The notes under the pieces are model-generated. The model did no database searches and was not told where the DNA came from. It saw only the letters and a list, made by a program, of their open reading frames with translations. The position numbers and the translations under genes were made by a program. Below, one piece after another: positions 1 to 13,441 of a stretch of 64,000 nt of DNA. Origin of the DNA: Paragordius varius (taxonomy: Eukaryota > Animalia > Nematomorpha); contig OZ176052.1 of assembly GCA_964247055.1 (NCBI GenBank), positions 1,054,001-1,118,000 on the forward strand, read 5' to 3'. Positions within the stretch are counted from its first letter, which is position 1. Every line of letters begins with the position of its first letter.

Positions 1-759
1 GGATATCTTGAGTAAATTTTTTTTTTTTTAAAGATAGATGGTGATCTTTTGTATGAATATTTGTAAGCCACATACTATTAGTTTACCTGGCGAGATATAT
101 TTACAAACGAGGAAATTTGGAGATGTCATCCAAATTTGGAAAAAGTCCCATATCTCGAAAATGAGCTGGGTAAGTAAATTTTTTACACTCTGTTAGCAAT
201 ACCATATGGAATCAGAAAATATTGAAAAATTAAAATCCAGAAAATTGCCCCAAATTTTGTTGCACAGTATAATATACATTTATTTGCATGTTGCATTAGC
301 GATGTAAAATAAAAGGAAAAAATGGCAGAAAAAAAGTTTGTCATGAGGATTTTTATAATTTTACATAAAAGCATTTTCGAATCATGCGCGTACAAATCTA
401 AAAAAGCATATTAAATTTGGCCCAATAATTATTATTAAGTTAATTATCTTTTATCGTTCTGCCTAAAACATCAACAATAAGAAATGAGATGGCAATAATC
501 CGTTATTTTAAAGTGAAAAAATGGTAGTAACGATAACCTTTAATAGGGACAATTATATATTTGGATTTATAATAAGATATGATTTTAAAATATATTTTAA
601 CGTGTTTCTAATGCTTAATCAAGGTGTATCAAGAAAAAGGTGTAGCAGACCCATGTCGTTATTGTCCACAAATGTCCCTTGATGTCCTTCCATAAATCAG
701 TGTATACACAAAATTTTTATTTTGAATTAAACATTTAAATCAGTTGATTAAATGTTGTT

Positions 760-3700
760 ATGAAAATAACAACAGGTCCCGAAGCATGGTCCTTGTTGAA
801 AGGGGTATTTTGCATTTACAAACCCCCCGAATCTTTCATGATAAAGAACATTAAGTCCTTAAAAAAGAAATTAGCCAATGGTTTAGAATTTTAAATCTTA
901 ATACTTTTATAGATTTGAATGAATTGGAACCCAGATTACCTAATAAACGCATGATTGATAAAGCCCTTATTAGCTATGACCATAATTTTAATGCCACTAT
1001 TAGAACTTATAAATACAATGCAATTGATATAGCAGATCATGTTTTGTGTAATTTTTGTTGTTATAAAGTTTAGGTGTGGGTGAGCGCTATGTATCAGACG
1101 AAATTTTAATAAATTTTCTCCTTAACACAAATTATTTTATGTCTGGCGTCACTTTATGTAATGTCAACAACTCAAGTTCATACATCAAACAATTCCAAAA
1201 AACTTATCCACAAAATGTAATGTATTATTTAATCACATATAATATAAAGACAAAACGTAAAAACTAAAAGACATATGTATTTTTAAAAAGACATATGTAT
1301 TTTTAAAAAGACATATTTTTTACCTGATATTGATTTTATCTCTGTAATTAAAATGTTTAAATACATAATTATGATGTTACCAATTACATTTCATACTTAC
1401 TCAAGATGAGTAAGATCGTCTTTGTTATATCAATTTTTATTGAAATTATCGACAAAATTATCTATTTGGCGAAATTTTTAAGTTATATATAATATATATC
1501 TTTTTTGTTACCACCCGTCCGCTTTTAATTTTACTCATTATACCTGAGTTATGTTGTTAATTATATTTTACCAGTCTTTTATAGTAAAGTTATTTGGTTA
1601 ATTAACTCATCCTTGATTTTGATTTTTTGTAAGTGATTTTCCCCAATAATAAAGGTTCCTAAATATTTTTTTTAGATCCTAAGTATAAATATTAAATTAT
1701 TGCATATTACAAGAGAAATAGCTTTAGATATAATATTTTTATTTAATTTTGTAGTTTGGTCAAATCCTAAAATTTTTTATCATTTAATTATTATTTAATA
1801 GCTAAATTAAATTTTCATAATTTTTTTTATTATTAGGTTTACATTCTGAGTGGTAAATTTGGGAGAGCCACCAATGATTACACTTATATGGGCAAAACTA
1901 TCATGGAACAATCTGATTTAGGTTATTAAATAAAAATAATTTTTTTTAATTATCAAACGAAAAAATAGATCTCAAAAATTTTAAATATCATATAAAAAAC
2001 TAAAATGGTGATTAAATGTAATTGTAAACTATGTGCTAAATTTTGGCAACTTTATTTGTCCTTTCTTTAAATTTGTGTAAAAAAATATCTTATTAAACTT
2101 ATTATTTCTAAACTCATTCAAAACCATAAGCATACTCTATATTTTTTTGATTTTTTATTTACTGTAAAACTCAAAAAGTATAAAGGCAAATCGTAAAAAA
2201 CATTCATTTTTGTAAAGTAGACCATATTTTGTAAGCCTCGACGATAATCTATTGTTTTGGGTTATGAATTATGGGTAGAGATATAAATTGGTAAAAAAAT
2301 CATGAGATTTTTCTTACTTACAAAATTATCAGTTACTTTTATATTTTTACCCATCTATTCGTTGGATTGATATACAATATGAGTAAGTAAGTATACATTG
2401 CTAAAAAGTTATTAATTATTGCCAAATACCACACATATACAACAAAGGGGGAAGTATTATAGGCATATAGTTATTTTTTTCACCTTTTTTTGCTATTATT
2501 ACCCAATAATAATTTTCTTTATTCCATTACAATATAATTCAGCTAAAATTATATGAAATTATTGTAAATTTTTGGTAACTACTAGTAATCTTTGTCAAAC
2601 GTAAAAAAATATATAATTAAAATATAACTTAACTAAAATTTAAATCATAAAGTAAAAAGTTGCATATGCTATTTGGAAACAATAATTAATATCTTTCTAG
2701 CCATATATTTATATATACTTACTTATACTGTAAATCAAAACCTATTTCTAAGAAAATCATTTTTTAAAACCATTTTTTTTTCCAAAAATTCCAAAAATTA
2801 ATCCAGAACACATAACCTTACGTCGATTAACACGTGTACTATCCACCCTAAAAAATGAACATTGCATTGAAATGCACCATGTTAGTGGGATAGGTGGTCT
2901 TGTGAGCCCAAAATCTCAATCGGCTTATGAACTGGCCAAGAGTGGTTTAATTCAATCCGGTCTTATAACTCAACCCACGGCCCCCTTGGTAACTGACATT
3001 AAACTCGTATCGTTTCAAAAACCATGGTTTAAAATTGGTAAACCTTTTTTTTTACAATTTTCTGAGGTTTTTAATTTTTTTAAAATTTTTTATTTTTTGT
3101 TTAGAGTAGTTATAAAGATGTTTAATAGGTTTTTCTGAGTGTTTAAAATTTAATTGAGTTGTTAAAAATGATTACAAATTTAAACCATTTTTTTGGGCTT
3201 TGATAAGTTCAGACGATAATTTATGTTTATAACCGCCAATTTTGAAATTTTTGTTTTATGAATAAATATTTGGGAAAACAGTAAAAACGTTTTAAATTTT
3301 ACTTATTTATCAATCTAATATAGTTTTATATAATACTTTAAATGTTTGTATCTTGCATTTAAAAATATGATCAAATATTACATGTTCATTCATGTTAAAA
3401 CTGTTTTAAATTTTTTCAACTTTGTGTAAACTTATATTTTCTATGACCTTCCTTTTTTTCATACGTGAGATCCGACAGATTATAACAGTAACTATGGAAT
3501 CATAAAGAAGACAAAGCTCGAAAACTAAATAGCATATATTTTTTTAAAGACAATAGCCATACTTTTAAACCTTAATTTATTAAGAATAAGCTTAGCATTT
3601 GAGATTTAAAACTAATGAGTAGTAAAGTTGTAAATATGTAAACTATCAATATTATTAATCACATCATAGGTCACAAAAAAATTAAAAAAAATATATGGCT

Positions 3701-4428
3701 TTTTTTATAGCAAAAAATAGTTATTCCCATCGTTAATTGACATCTTTGTATTGTATTTAGGAGATTTGCTGTAAAAATTTTACTAATATTATTATTAGCT
3801 CTATTATTCTCATAGAATGTAGCAAAGTTCAATCGTTTGTTATTTAAAAAATCGTTCCTGGTTATTTTAACAATTATTAAAAATTTATACATTAATTTAC
3901 CATATTATGGTTACCATTATCAATAAAATGTTTAATAATCTTTATTTTTACACATATATATATATTTTAGAGGTGACATGTATCAATGAAACACCCCAAT
4001 TTTTGCTTCATTTTTTGCATGGGATAGGGGAAGCTCTTAATTCCTGTACGCATTGCTTAGCCTTAAGGCGAACAAAGCTAGGTCCTTTTACCGTAGCTCA
4101 TACACTTTGTAAACCTGAATGGACTTTAGATAATATCCTACATAATATACATCATGTTTGTCAACCAGCCTATAACCAACACACACTTCAAACTGTGGCA
4201 AAACGAAAAATGCTTCAAAAACTTATTACTCAAGCTGCCGTGAGAGAAAAGGGACCCCTACCTATTTTGTATGAGCAAGTTCAAAATAATACAAGTGAAA
4301 GTTTAATTGAGGAGGGAGAATTTGAAAACTTTGGTGAGATTCAAAATAATTTTCCTCCTTATAAGATTACTAAGGATGATAATGAGATTAATAATAACCG
4401 TAAACTGTTGCAAAATAATGGTGGATAA
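760..4428 (+). CDS. TRUB2: Mitochondrial pseudouridine synthase TRUB2-like, 6 exons (760-880, 913-1047, 1074-1216, 1837-1921, 2807-3037, 3971-4428), 390 aa
   Basis: The spliced product reads GVFCIYKPP...LANDLN...DHVLCVGERY...SGV...YILSGKFGRATND...SQSAYELAKSGLI...EVTCINET...LRRTKLGPF...W, collinear with TRUB2 motifs (LFAVYKPP, GLLGKATDD, QEAYEMA, EVQCMHET, RRTRDGFF). All junctions are GT-AG and exons sum to 1173 nt. Confidence 0.9.
1267..1320. repeat. 20-bp tandem repeat (AAAAGACATATGTATTTTTA x ~2.5) in TRUB2 intron 3
   Basis: Read directly from the sequence. Confidence 0.85.
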
Positions 4429-7400
4429 TATTAGATCCTAGTGTTAAATTTTATATATTAGTACGAATGAGAGAGAAAGAGAATGAAATTGAAATATGAT
4501 GGTAAAATGTAAACATTTATATAATGATGAAATTGCATGTTGTGAAATAAATATTGTATATTACTAATTATAAGATATAAGTGTATTTTTTGTTTTTCTA
4601 ATGTTAAAATTAAATTGAAGTCGGACTGTGTTGAATGTAATGTTTTAGGGAACTATATGGATATGATTCATAACTGGTTATATGCACGGAAATTTTAATT
4701 AATATGCAAAAGATTTTTTATATCCAGATTCGTTTCATCACAATGAAATTTTATGGAAAAAGCAATCGGACCATCTTTTTGAGACAATCTCCTGGAACGT
4801 TAGTATAACGTACTAGCTATTAAGTTTATTTTCTCCAAGCTTATTTGTTAAAAAAAATTCTGAGTTTATATTAATAAAATATTTAAACTACCTTTTATTA
4901 GCTTAACAAGATGTTACTAAGCTTTTTGATGCTTTCATTAATCAAGTTTTATGATTTTAATAAAGATGGATTTAAAATATTTTATTATTGCGCCAAAAAG
5001 AGATATATTGTGCTTTGTTATGCAATGATTCAATAAAAGAAGCGCAAATAACTTTTAAATCATCATTAAATAATTAAAATAATTGATCCACGCCTATGCA
5101 TGCTGAAGGCGTCCTTGATTTTAAGCATATCTGTTTCGAATTGGTTATCTAGGATATTGCGCTTATAATCTCACAATAAAGATAAAAAAGAGTCCGAAAA
5201 AATCTTAGTATTTTAAATTTTCTAGCCTTCCTAATTTTATTTCCTTATAATCATAATTAGACCTATCAGACTCACCACAGTCCGGAGATCTTATAAATCA
5301 TCCCTATTCACTTTTTTAGATAATTCCAAAAATATAATATTTTTAAGAGAAAGTGTCCTATTTAGAATGTGATGTATATTAATAAAATTTCTTTTACTTA
5401 TATTCTAAGGATGTTAACAGTATTTATTATTTCTATTATTATTGTTTCATTTTATAATTTGTTAGTCCACCGATAACAGCGAAAAAAACTGGTTAATGGA
5501 AAAAGTAAAGATACGACTTTGAAAACTAAACTAAGAATTATAAAATGGTATGGTTTTTGATTTGACTAACTTATGCTGCAGAAAGCTGGCATTGAAGCTT
5601 AGCGATTGAAAAAGGATTTCAGCGTTTTAAATGTGGTTATAGAAGAGAATGTTATATATAACGTAACGTGTCAACCTAAAGATTACAACAATAATAATTA
5701 AATAATTGCAGAATTTCACTTAAAAATTTATTTGGCATGATCTGTACAAATATAGCAACTTTTTGATATGGAGCAAATATCACAAAAGTGGTAGGCCCAA
5801 AGCCACCATGAGAATACTGATACATTTATCAATATCGAGATATTCATACACCCCCCCCCCCCAATTTTGTGTGCAGTGTTATTAGTGATATTGCGTTCTC
5901 TTCCCTTATTAAAAAAATTAACCACCTTCTAATTATTTAACCACATGGAGAAAGGGCCATTTCAATACCGTATTGGTGCAGTTAAAGCCATATGGCCTTT
6001 ATACATGAAAACAAATGATTCAAAAAAAACAACTGCTTAAAAACAAATGATTTTAAAAAAACCTTATTAAAAACAAATGGTTTATCTTATATATATTTAA
6101 GCTATAAGCTGAATTCAAAAATATGTTTAGTCTTTTAGACGCATTATTAATAAATTTTGTTAAAAAATGTAAAATTATAAATAATCCTCAACTCAAAATT
6201 TTTAGCCGCCTTGTTATAAATTTCCTTAAATCGCTAATGCAACAGGTAAACAAATGTAAAAAAGCTTTCAGGTACATTTTTACCAGCAAAAACTTGATAT
6301 ATTTTAATATCAGCTGTTTGTTTCAATGAGCCGTCCCAATAATATTTACTCTAGAAGTCATAAAACTGTAAAAATATCTTTTTGTCAAATACATGAGAAC
6401 AATGTTTCTTATTTAAATTTTAACTAAAATAACTTTCAAAACTGTAGTTTATTTACAAAATTGAGCTCCGTGGGGTAAACTAGGACAAAAAGTGAAAACG
6501 TGATGAAGTGTTAATAACTCACTATAGTCAAAATACCTAATTAACAAATATAAGGCCATAGATTTTCACTCAACAAAAATGTATTATTTATGTAGAATCA
6601 AAAGATGATTTAGTATTTAAAGGGACTTAAAAGGATAAGATTAATTCACTTTTATAACAACTTTCATGCATGCTTTTGCATGGATAATCATAAATCCTCT
6701 TTTATCGATTCTTTTATGTGCCCATGATATATAATTAAATAATATTTTTCATTATCATTTAAAAATTTAAAGTTGACACCCAAATCGATAAGTTGACCAA
6801 TAACTACCATTTAACATACTCTTTATAACATAAGTATGTAAAATATTTCTGGCCATATTAAATAATATCAAAATCATGATGGACAAATCAGTAGTTATTT
6901 CCACCATAAATTAAACTCGTCCTCAAAATCTAAAAATATTTTATTATTTATTATATCTCGTTGTTTATTTACTTAACCAAAGTGATTTTAAGAAAGGGTT
7001 TTCAAAAATTTCAATTCGTTGATTAATTCAAAAGAACATCTGCATACTTGGCGTGAAAATATATATAAGGTTTCAGGTCTACCTTAGTGTGTTTTGAATA
7101 ACCTTAACACATTGATTCCTAGCTTTCTGCAAATAAGATAGCATGTTGTACATTTTTAATTTTATATATTTTATTGTTAAGGGTCATTATCAGCTCTAAC
7201 ATACTCACAACCAATTAGAGTAAGTAACCTATATTTTATATACTGACTCTCAGGCTAAATTGTTTACATCAAGAGTATTGTGGTATAAATAAGTTTTTTA
7301 CAATAATGATACATTTTAAAATTATCAACTTTTTTATCCATGAAATTCATCACTTCCCGGGTAATTTTTTTATTTTAATTATTATATATTATCAATGATT

Positions 7401-8245
7401 TTTCTAATAAAAATTGTTAAAATATTTATAATGCCTATTCAGGTCCATAGCAATATTTTTGATTAAAATATTTGCACATTTATATTTTATTATAGATGTC
7501 ATAAAATTTGACATGATGTAATAAAATAAGCCTTTTCATTAAAATGTATTGTTGAATAATTTTAAGTTTTTATTTATTGTAATTACAAAATCTCCCGAAT
7601 GGGAAAACCTTATATGACATTTATATACCGTAGCAAAATCTTCAAATTATAAAGACAAAACATAAATAGTAAAAACTCATATTTAAAAAACAAACAACAT
7701 TTTTGAATCTTGATATTTTTGATATAACATATTGTTTTGGTTGCGAGCGAAAAGGATATTACAGATGTAAATTATTAACATACAAAATTTTCACAATCGT
7801 AATTAAAGTTAATGGAAAAAATCAAATCCTTTTTTGATTTTTATTATGTATTTAAAAGAGCAAAGTATTATTGGCTAATAACAATAAAAGAGAGAAAAAA
7901 TAAATTTAAGACATATTATTTTTCTCTACTGCATATGACATCTGGCAAACTAACTATATATACCTACTCCTCTTTATATTATTATATCCGTCAAAACACA
8001 AAAATTATAAAGATAAAAATAAATACACATAAAATTTTTTTGAAACGCTATATTTTTTAACAACCTTAATGCTTTTAATAATTAACCTATCGTTTTAATT
8101 GCGAAATAGAGATACAGATGTTGCTTTTATCATTCTTAATCATTTTACGTTAATCAAGGATCATAAAGTCCTGTTTTCATTTCTCAAATCACGAATCAAA
8201 TTTAGTTTTTACCTTTCTTGTCCGTATAATTTTTATTTTTAATGT

Positions 8246-8272
8246 TATATATATATATATATATATATATAT
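8246..8272. repeat. (TA)n microsatellite; others at 8957-8982, 18823-18851, 20774-20813 and 59886-59923
   Basis: Perfect TA dinucleotide runs read directly. Confidence 0.95.
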
Positions 8273-8276
8273 TCAG

Positions 8277-8840
8277 GTAGGTCAAATCGTTACGCGGAAT
8301 ACTATTATATTCTATGCCTTTGTCTTAATTCCACCACTCACGATTAAAATGTTAGGCCCTGTCATCATGTACAAATGGTTCTCCTTACACAGGCTTTTCA
8401 ATAATTATTATTATTGGGACGAAATACCAAATTATACCGATTACAATCACAATTTAGAAAATTTTATCCGCTTGTCATCATCTTTTCTCGAATCTGACTA
8501 TGGTTGCCATAGAAACGACCATTTTTATAATGGCGATTGTTACGATAGTAATTACGAAGATAATGAACAACAGTATGCTCCCTATGGATACTACTTGGAA
8601 GATAAAAACTTAATTTATCACAGCAATCCACAAAGGCGATATAGATATAGACATCTTCGTAAACAACAGAGAAGAAGGCAAAAATATTTTACCAATATCA
8701 TGTATTTGACACCCACGGATTTGTGTGAAATTATTTTTTGTTGCTTTTTACTATTTTTTATATATCTGTCAAACGTTTTACATCTTTTTCTTATACTTAA
8801 AAACAATATGTATATATTAGCGCATAATAATTATATATAA
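8277..8840 (+). CDS. Orphan coding exon/ORF (~187 aa): hydrophobic ends around a Tyr/Asp/Asn-rich then Arg-rich loop
   Basis: A TTCAG acceptor at 8272-8276 is in frame with the track ORF 8349-8840. The segment is GC-richer than its flanks. No family recognised and no partner exons found. Confidence 0.4.
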   Translation, partial: VGQIVTRNTIIFYAFVLIPPLTIKMLGPVIMYKWFSLHRLFNNYYYWDEIPNYTDYNHNLENFIRLSSSFLESDYGCHRNDHFYNGDCYDSNYEDNEQQYAPYGYYLEDKNLIYHSNPQRRYRYRHLRKQQRRRQKYFTNIMYLTPTDLCEIIFCCFLLFFIYLSNVLHLFLILKNNMYILAHNNYI

Positions 8841-9182
8841 TATATGTATTGATATAATGTTGCAATAATATACGTGTGTAATTATTTTAGATGTTTTTTA
8901 AATTTAAATAAATAAAAGAATGTCACAACATAAAGTTTACTCGTATTACACAGTAAATATATATATATATATATATATATATCTATTTGAGAAATATAGA
9001 ATCTCATGGTGGTTTTGGGTTTGGCTTCACGAATGATTTAACAAAGTTACTTTTTTGATAATTCTCCATATTAGAAATTGCGAATTTTTTGTTAAATAAA
9101 ATATTTTGCCGAAGCTAAATGCTTCATTGCAAAAATATGCTTAAATATATCATAACACAGTGTGCAAAATTGCGGGTATTTT

Positions 9183-10156
9183 TTTCTCAGGATATCATAT
9201 TTAGCTTAATATGACCGTTGTGACATAGGCATCTCAAAAATATAAGGGTAAAAAAATTGTCAATGTAGAAAATTTTTTTTCCACTTTTTCCGTATATGGA
9301 TATATTCGGAAAAAATCAATTTATTTGCATAATGCTTGATCAAAAATTATAAAACTTATATATAATATAAATAAATATTATTTGCAAATTTTGGCTCGAT
9401 ATGAATGGATAGCTTTATAATAAACCTCAATTTAGTAAATCCAACTAAATTTAACCCTTTATATTATTAACATAAAAATACTTGATGAAAATCAATATAA
9501 TATGCGCCAAAATTTAAGTTTACCTTTATTTGTTAATATTAATATTCTTAATAATAAAAATTACATTATAACAAAGTAATAAATTTTTATTAATTTTTAT
9601 TTTACTAAAATAAAATTAAAATTTTTTATTATAAACTTTCATATGATCATATCTAGTGATTAAATATAACCATATGAATAATTATACCTGGATTTTTGAA
9701 TTGTGGATGATATTGACTGTTGTTTTACCCTGATACTGATGGTATATTTTATAATAATTATAGACTAAAATATTGTGGAATTTAGTTTATCAAGATAACA
9801 TTGAAAAACCAATGTAATCCATTGTGAAAATCATATTTTAAAGACAAACTTGCTAATTACAAGCAAACATCCACCAGAAAATTATATTTTGATACATTAT
9901 GTTCATTGTGTAATAAATCTAATACATATAATATATTTAATTTTCTCAATCTAAAATTATTTACTTGTTTTTGGATATATATAAGTCTCATAATTTTTGA
10001 TCAAGTATTATGCAAATAAATTGATTTTTTCCGAATAAATTCATATACGGAAAAAGTGAAAAAAAAATTTCTACATTGACATTTTTTTATCCTTATATTT
10101 TTGAGATGTCTATGTCACATCGGTCATATTAAGCTAAATATGATATCCTGAGAAAA
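9183..10156. mobile_element. Fold-back/MITE-like element with ~180-bp inverted arms (9183-9364 and 9975-10156)
   Basis: Left arm CTCAGGATATCATATTTAGCTTAATATGACCG...GATCAAAAATTAT is near-perfectly reverse-complemented in the right arm, with a ~610-bp spacer. Confidence 0.75.
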
Positions 10157-10199
10157 TTTGTTGCAAACTGTGTAATACATGTGAAAAGCAATATAAAAA

Positions 10200-10890
10200 T
10201 CTATATTTTTAAACTTGAGAGGTGAGCCCCCAAGTCTTAAATTTTCGGACCTGTCTAGAATGAGCAAGCTTATAAACGCAAAAATGCTGAGATTGCGCCA
10301 TAAAAAATTTAAATATATGCTAAATTTTGCCACCAATTTCCGAAAAATTGATCACTAAAAAATTTAATTTAAGGAAAATTTTCGTGGACTCAATTTTATG
10401 ATATTTTGGAGTGTTGGAAACAGTATAAAACATTTTAAGATATTATGTAAACATTTTTTTATATAACTCAATTATGCTCACTTTCTATCTCGGATTATCT
10501 AAAGGTTTTGACTTGAGTTTAAATTTAACGAAAGCATTCACAATCTGATAAAACTCATTTTAAAATCAAAAATTTAAAGTGATAGATAAGTTGAGCATCA
10601 GTGAATTATAATATTAAATGTGTTTATAATATCTTAAAGTAGTCTCTAACGTTTTCCATGCTTCGAAATATCATAAAATTCGGATCACTACAAAATACGT
10701 TAAATTTTTAAGCATAATATCCATTTTGATACCAAAATTTGGGATACATTTAAATTTATCGCGTAATCTCGGCATTTTGCGCCTATTTTAAGAATAGTTG
10801 TTAGAATTCGACTAGTCTACATAGAAATATTGGTTAAGATATTTAAATTTCAAATGGCTTTGAGATATAAAAATACCCCAAAAGGTAATG
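10200..10890. mobile_element. Old long-TIR palindromic element; related copies at ~41845-42530 and ~51940-52815
   Basis: Imperfect inverted arms share AAACGCAAAA-TGC-G-GATT-CGC-ATAAAA and GAAAGT-CTAAATTTT motifs across the three loci. Boundaries are approximate. Confidence 0.55.
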
Positions 10891-10974
10891 GCTTGTTTTA
10901 ATAATAAAACTGACAATTTTGTAAGTAGTCTATTTGCAACAAATACACATGAAATAACCAGCTGAATTTATAAT

Positions 10975-12480
10975 TATTTTTGGATGAGCTTCTCCTTATT
11001 GTGATGACCAGGCTATTGCAATTCGTATATTCTCCCTTATTTGAATGCATCTGAACTCGATCCTCCAATTGTGAACGAAGTGCTATTCGCTTTGTAACAC
11101 CTTTCCCTAGGTTAAAATGACCTCCCAATTTTGGTACTTCACTCAATCCATGTCAACTATTTAATAAATTTTTTGCAAAATGTTTTTCAATCCCACAATT
11201 GGCTTGACAACTGTAATAAATCGTATCTCCTATCGTTCTTCAAAAAAAAGCAACCCTCATCTAGGTCGGAATTACCGAATGATCGCTATCACCAAACTAT
11301 CCAAACTTCTCCTCAAGAAAATGCTCCAAAGAATTTCATCCACTCTTGATTTTTAAATTTCTGATGTACAGGCTGGCTTTAGATCAAAGCGAAACACTAT
11401 TAAGCATACTCAATATAATTCAGAGATATTTTGAATTCGTTAAAAATTGTATTGCTGTTTATTGTATTTCAGTATGGCATTTGACACAATCAATTACGAC
11501 AGTTTTTGGATTTACAATCTTCCGGAGTTTCCTCCCACATAATACTTTTGTTACAATAGCTATATATTAAGCAAATTGCGATCAAAACACAATAGGGTCC
11601 ACCGACTGGTTCCCAATCCTCAGATGTATGAGACAAGAATGTGTCCTTTCTCCTCTCCTGTTTAATTGATACACAGAAACATTAATTCGCATTTGTGAAT
11701 TTCCTCAACATATTGATCCCCGATACGCTGATGATACGGTGCTCTTGACTGAATTTTCATCCGGACATGATTTTGATCTTAAATAGACTTAGAGTCGAAT
11801 CAAATGTGAGGGTCTGAAGCTTAACCCTTCTAAATACAACTAATGATCTTAAACGCCCCCAGATATCAATATCACTCAATACCTCCTCTATCAATTTAAC
11901 CGACTACTGCAAATATTTAAATTCAATTAATGGATCTGACGGCACATCAGATACCGACATACGAGCACGGCTTGCCCTAGAGTGTGCTATCATGGGAAGG
12001 CTGTTCAGAATTTGAAACCCTTCTGTCATAAGAGATTCAACTAAATTAAAACATCCTAAAAGCGATGGTTTACCCCGTCGCCATTTACGGGTCTGAATCA
12101 TGGGTATGTAAATTCACAGACAAAGCTAGCTTCAACTCATTTCAAATGTGGTGCTTTCGGGAATTTTTGGGCTATAAAGCCCCATCTCCAATTCACATAT
12201 ACTAAACTTCCTCAAACCAGAATTTTTACTTTATGATCTGGTGTTTTACAAGCAATTAAAATATCCACATCCTTCAATCCGATTCTCTGGAAAAAAACAT
12301 TCTTAGGTCGACGGGGCTCGCAAAAGAGGCCGCCCTAAAAAGCGGTTTTCGATATCATAATATCAGTTACAAACCTTACCCTGTCCTAAATAAAACGAAA
12401 GTCTCAAAATCGTTTGGAATGGAAAACACTGATGAGAAAGCTAAAAGTCACTACGCGACTAGCTTTCAAACACATCACAA
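10975..12480 (+). mobile_element. Degenerate non-LTR retrotransposon (RTE-clade-like), RT domain and 3' end
   Basis: Frameshifted fragments: NYRMIAITKLSKLL, RQECVLSPLLFN, RYADDTVLL (YADD 11724-11735), GLKLNPSK, CKYLNSINGSDG..DIRARLA, and an RTE-type C-terminal G.RKRGRPKKR..D (RGRP 12325-12336). Confidence 0.85.
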
Positions 12481-13441
12481 TAATCAAGCCATATGATGCA
12501 TATTTTTCAATTAAGTGAAATATTATGGATGATATTAAAGTTTTATATAATTAATTTTTTCCATTTTTCCATTGTAATGTTAGTATTACTAGATAGTAAT
12601 TACTCTTTTTATTGACCCATTTTTAATTCAGCCCATTTAGCCGAATTTCTCATTTAAAGGCATAGTTTTTTTAAAAACTATGTAATTGTATTAATTTTTT
12701 ACATTCGATGTTACTATGTTAGTATTGCTATATAGAGAATATTTTTATGCGCATCTACCCAATTTTATGAGATTCAGATAACTGTACACCTCAACAAACG
12801 ATTATGCCTAAATTGATATTAACTGAATATCGTATTATTATAAGGCCGCCTTGTTTTTAAAAATTAATTTATCTAAATATAAAAGTATAGAAGCTATTTC
12901 AAGGCAAGTTAAAAATCAGATTTATATTCTATAATTTGCTTTCACCATTTGACAAAAAATTTGCCAATTTTATTTCACATTTAAAAATATTGGCTTGTTG
13001 CTACACAATAAAATATTAAAAATATTGGTATTTGTATGCTTTGAAAAATATTAAACAAATAATTTTACCGCGCGGTGGTAAAGGTAGGAAATTAAAAATA
13101 TTTTTACCCACCTTTATTTTAGTTTTGCTCTTTCTCCCCATACAAAAGATTCTATTCTTATGGCAAAAACTAGATGATCGTTTTTATCTATTTTCTTTTA
13201 TTAATTGGGTAAAGAAAAGATAGAATAGATTTCTGCCTAATTATTATTAATGAAATCAGCCATTGCTTTTTCATAACTATACAATTTTTTATTATAATAT
13301 ATATTTGTAATGACAACAGTTAATAAATATAACATCTCTTCTAATTTTTGATATATCTTTTTCGGAATTTTAAAAATCCACATATCCCTCTTTTTAAAAC
13401 TCGGGAAAATGGTGGCGTTTTACCTGTTACAATGCAATAAA

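Noticed and set aside
619-693. 24-aa minus-strand ORF MEGHQGTFVDNNDMGLLHLFLDTP, head-to-head with TRUB2
   Set aside because: GC-richer patch, but no phase-compatible downstream exon or recognisable motif was found.
4700-5400. Exon-like fragments on both strands after TRUB2 (e.g. CAG...GTTAGT at ~4728-4800; a GTGAGT donor at ~5275 on minus)
   Set aside because: Several frames are partly open but cannot be chained, and stops interrupt them; probably decayed sequence.
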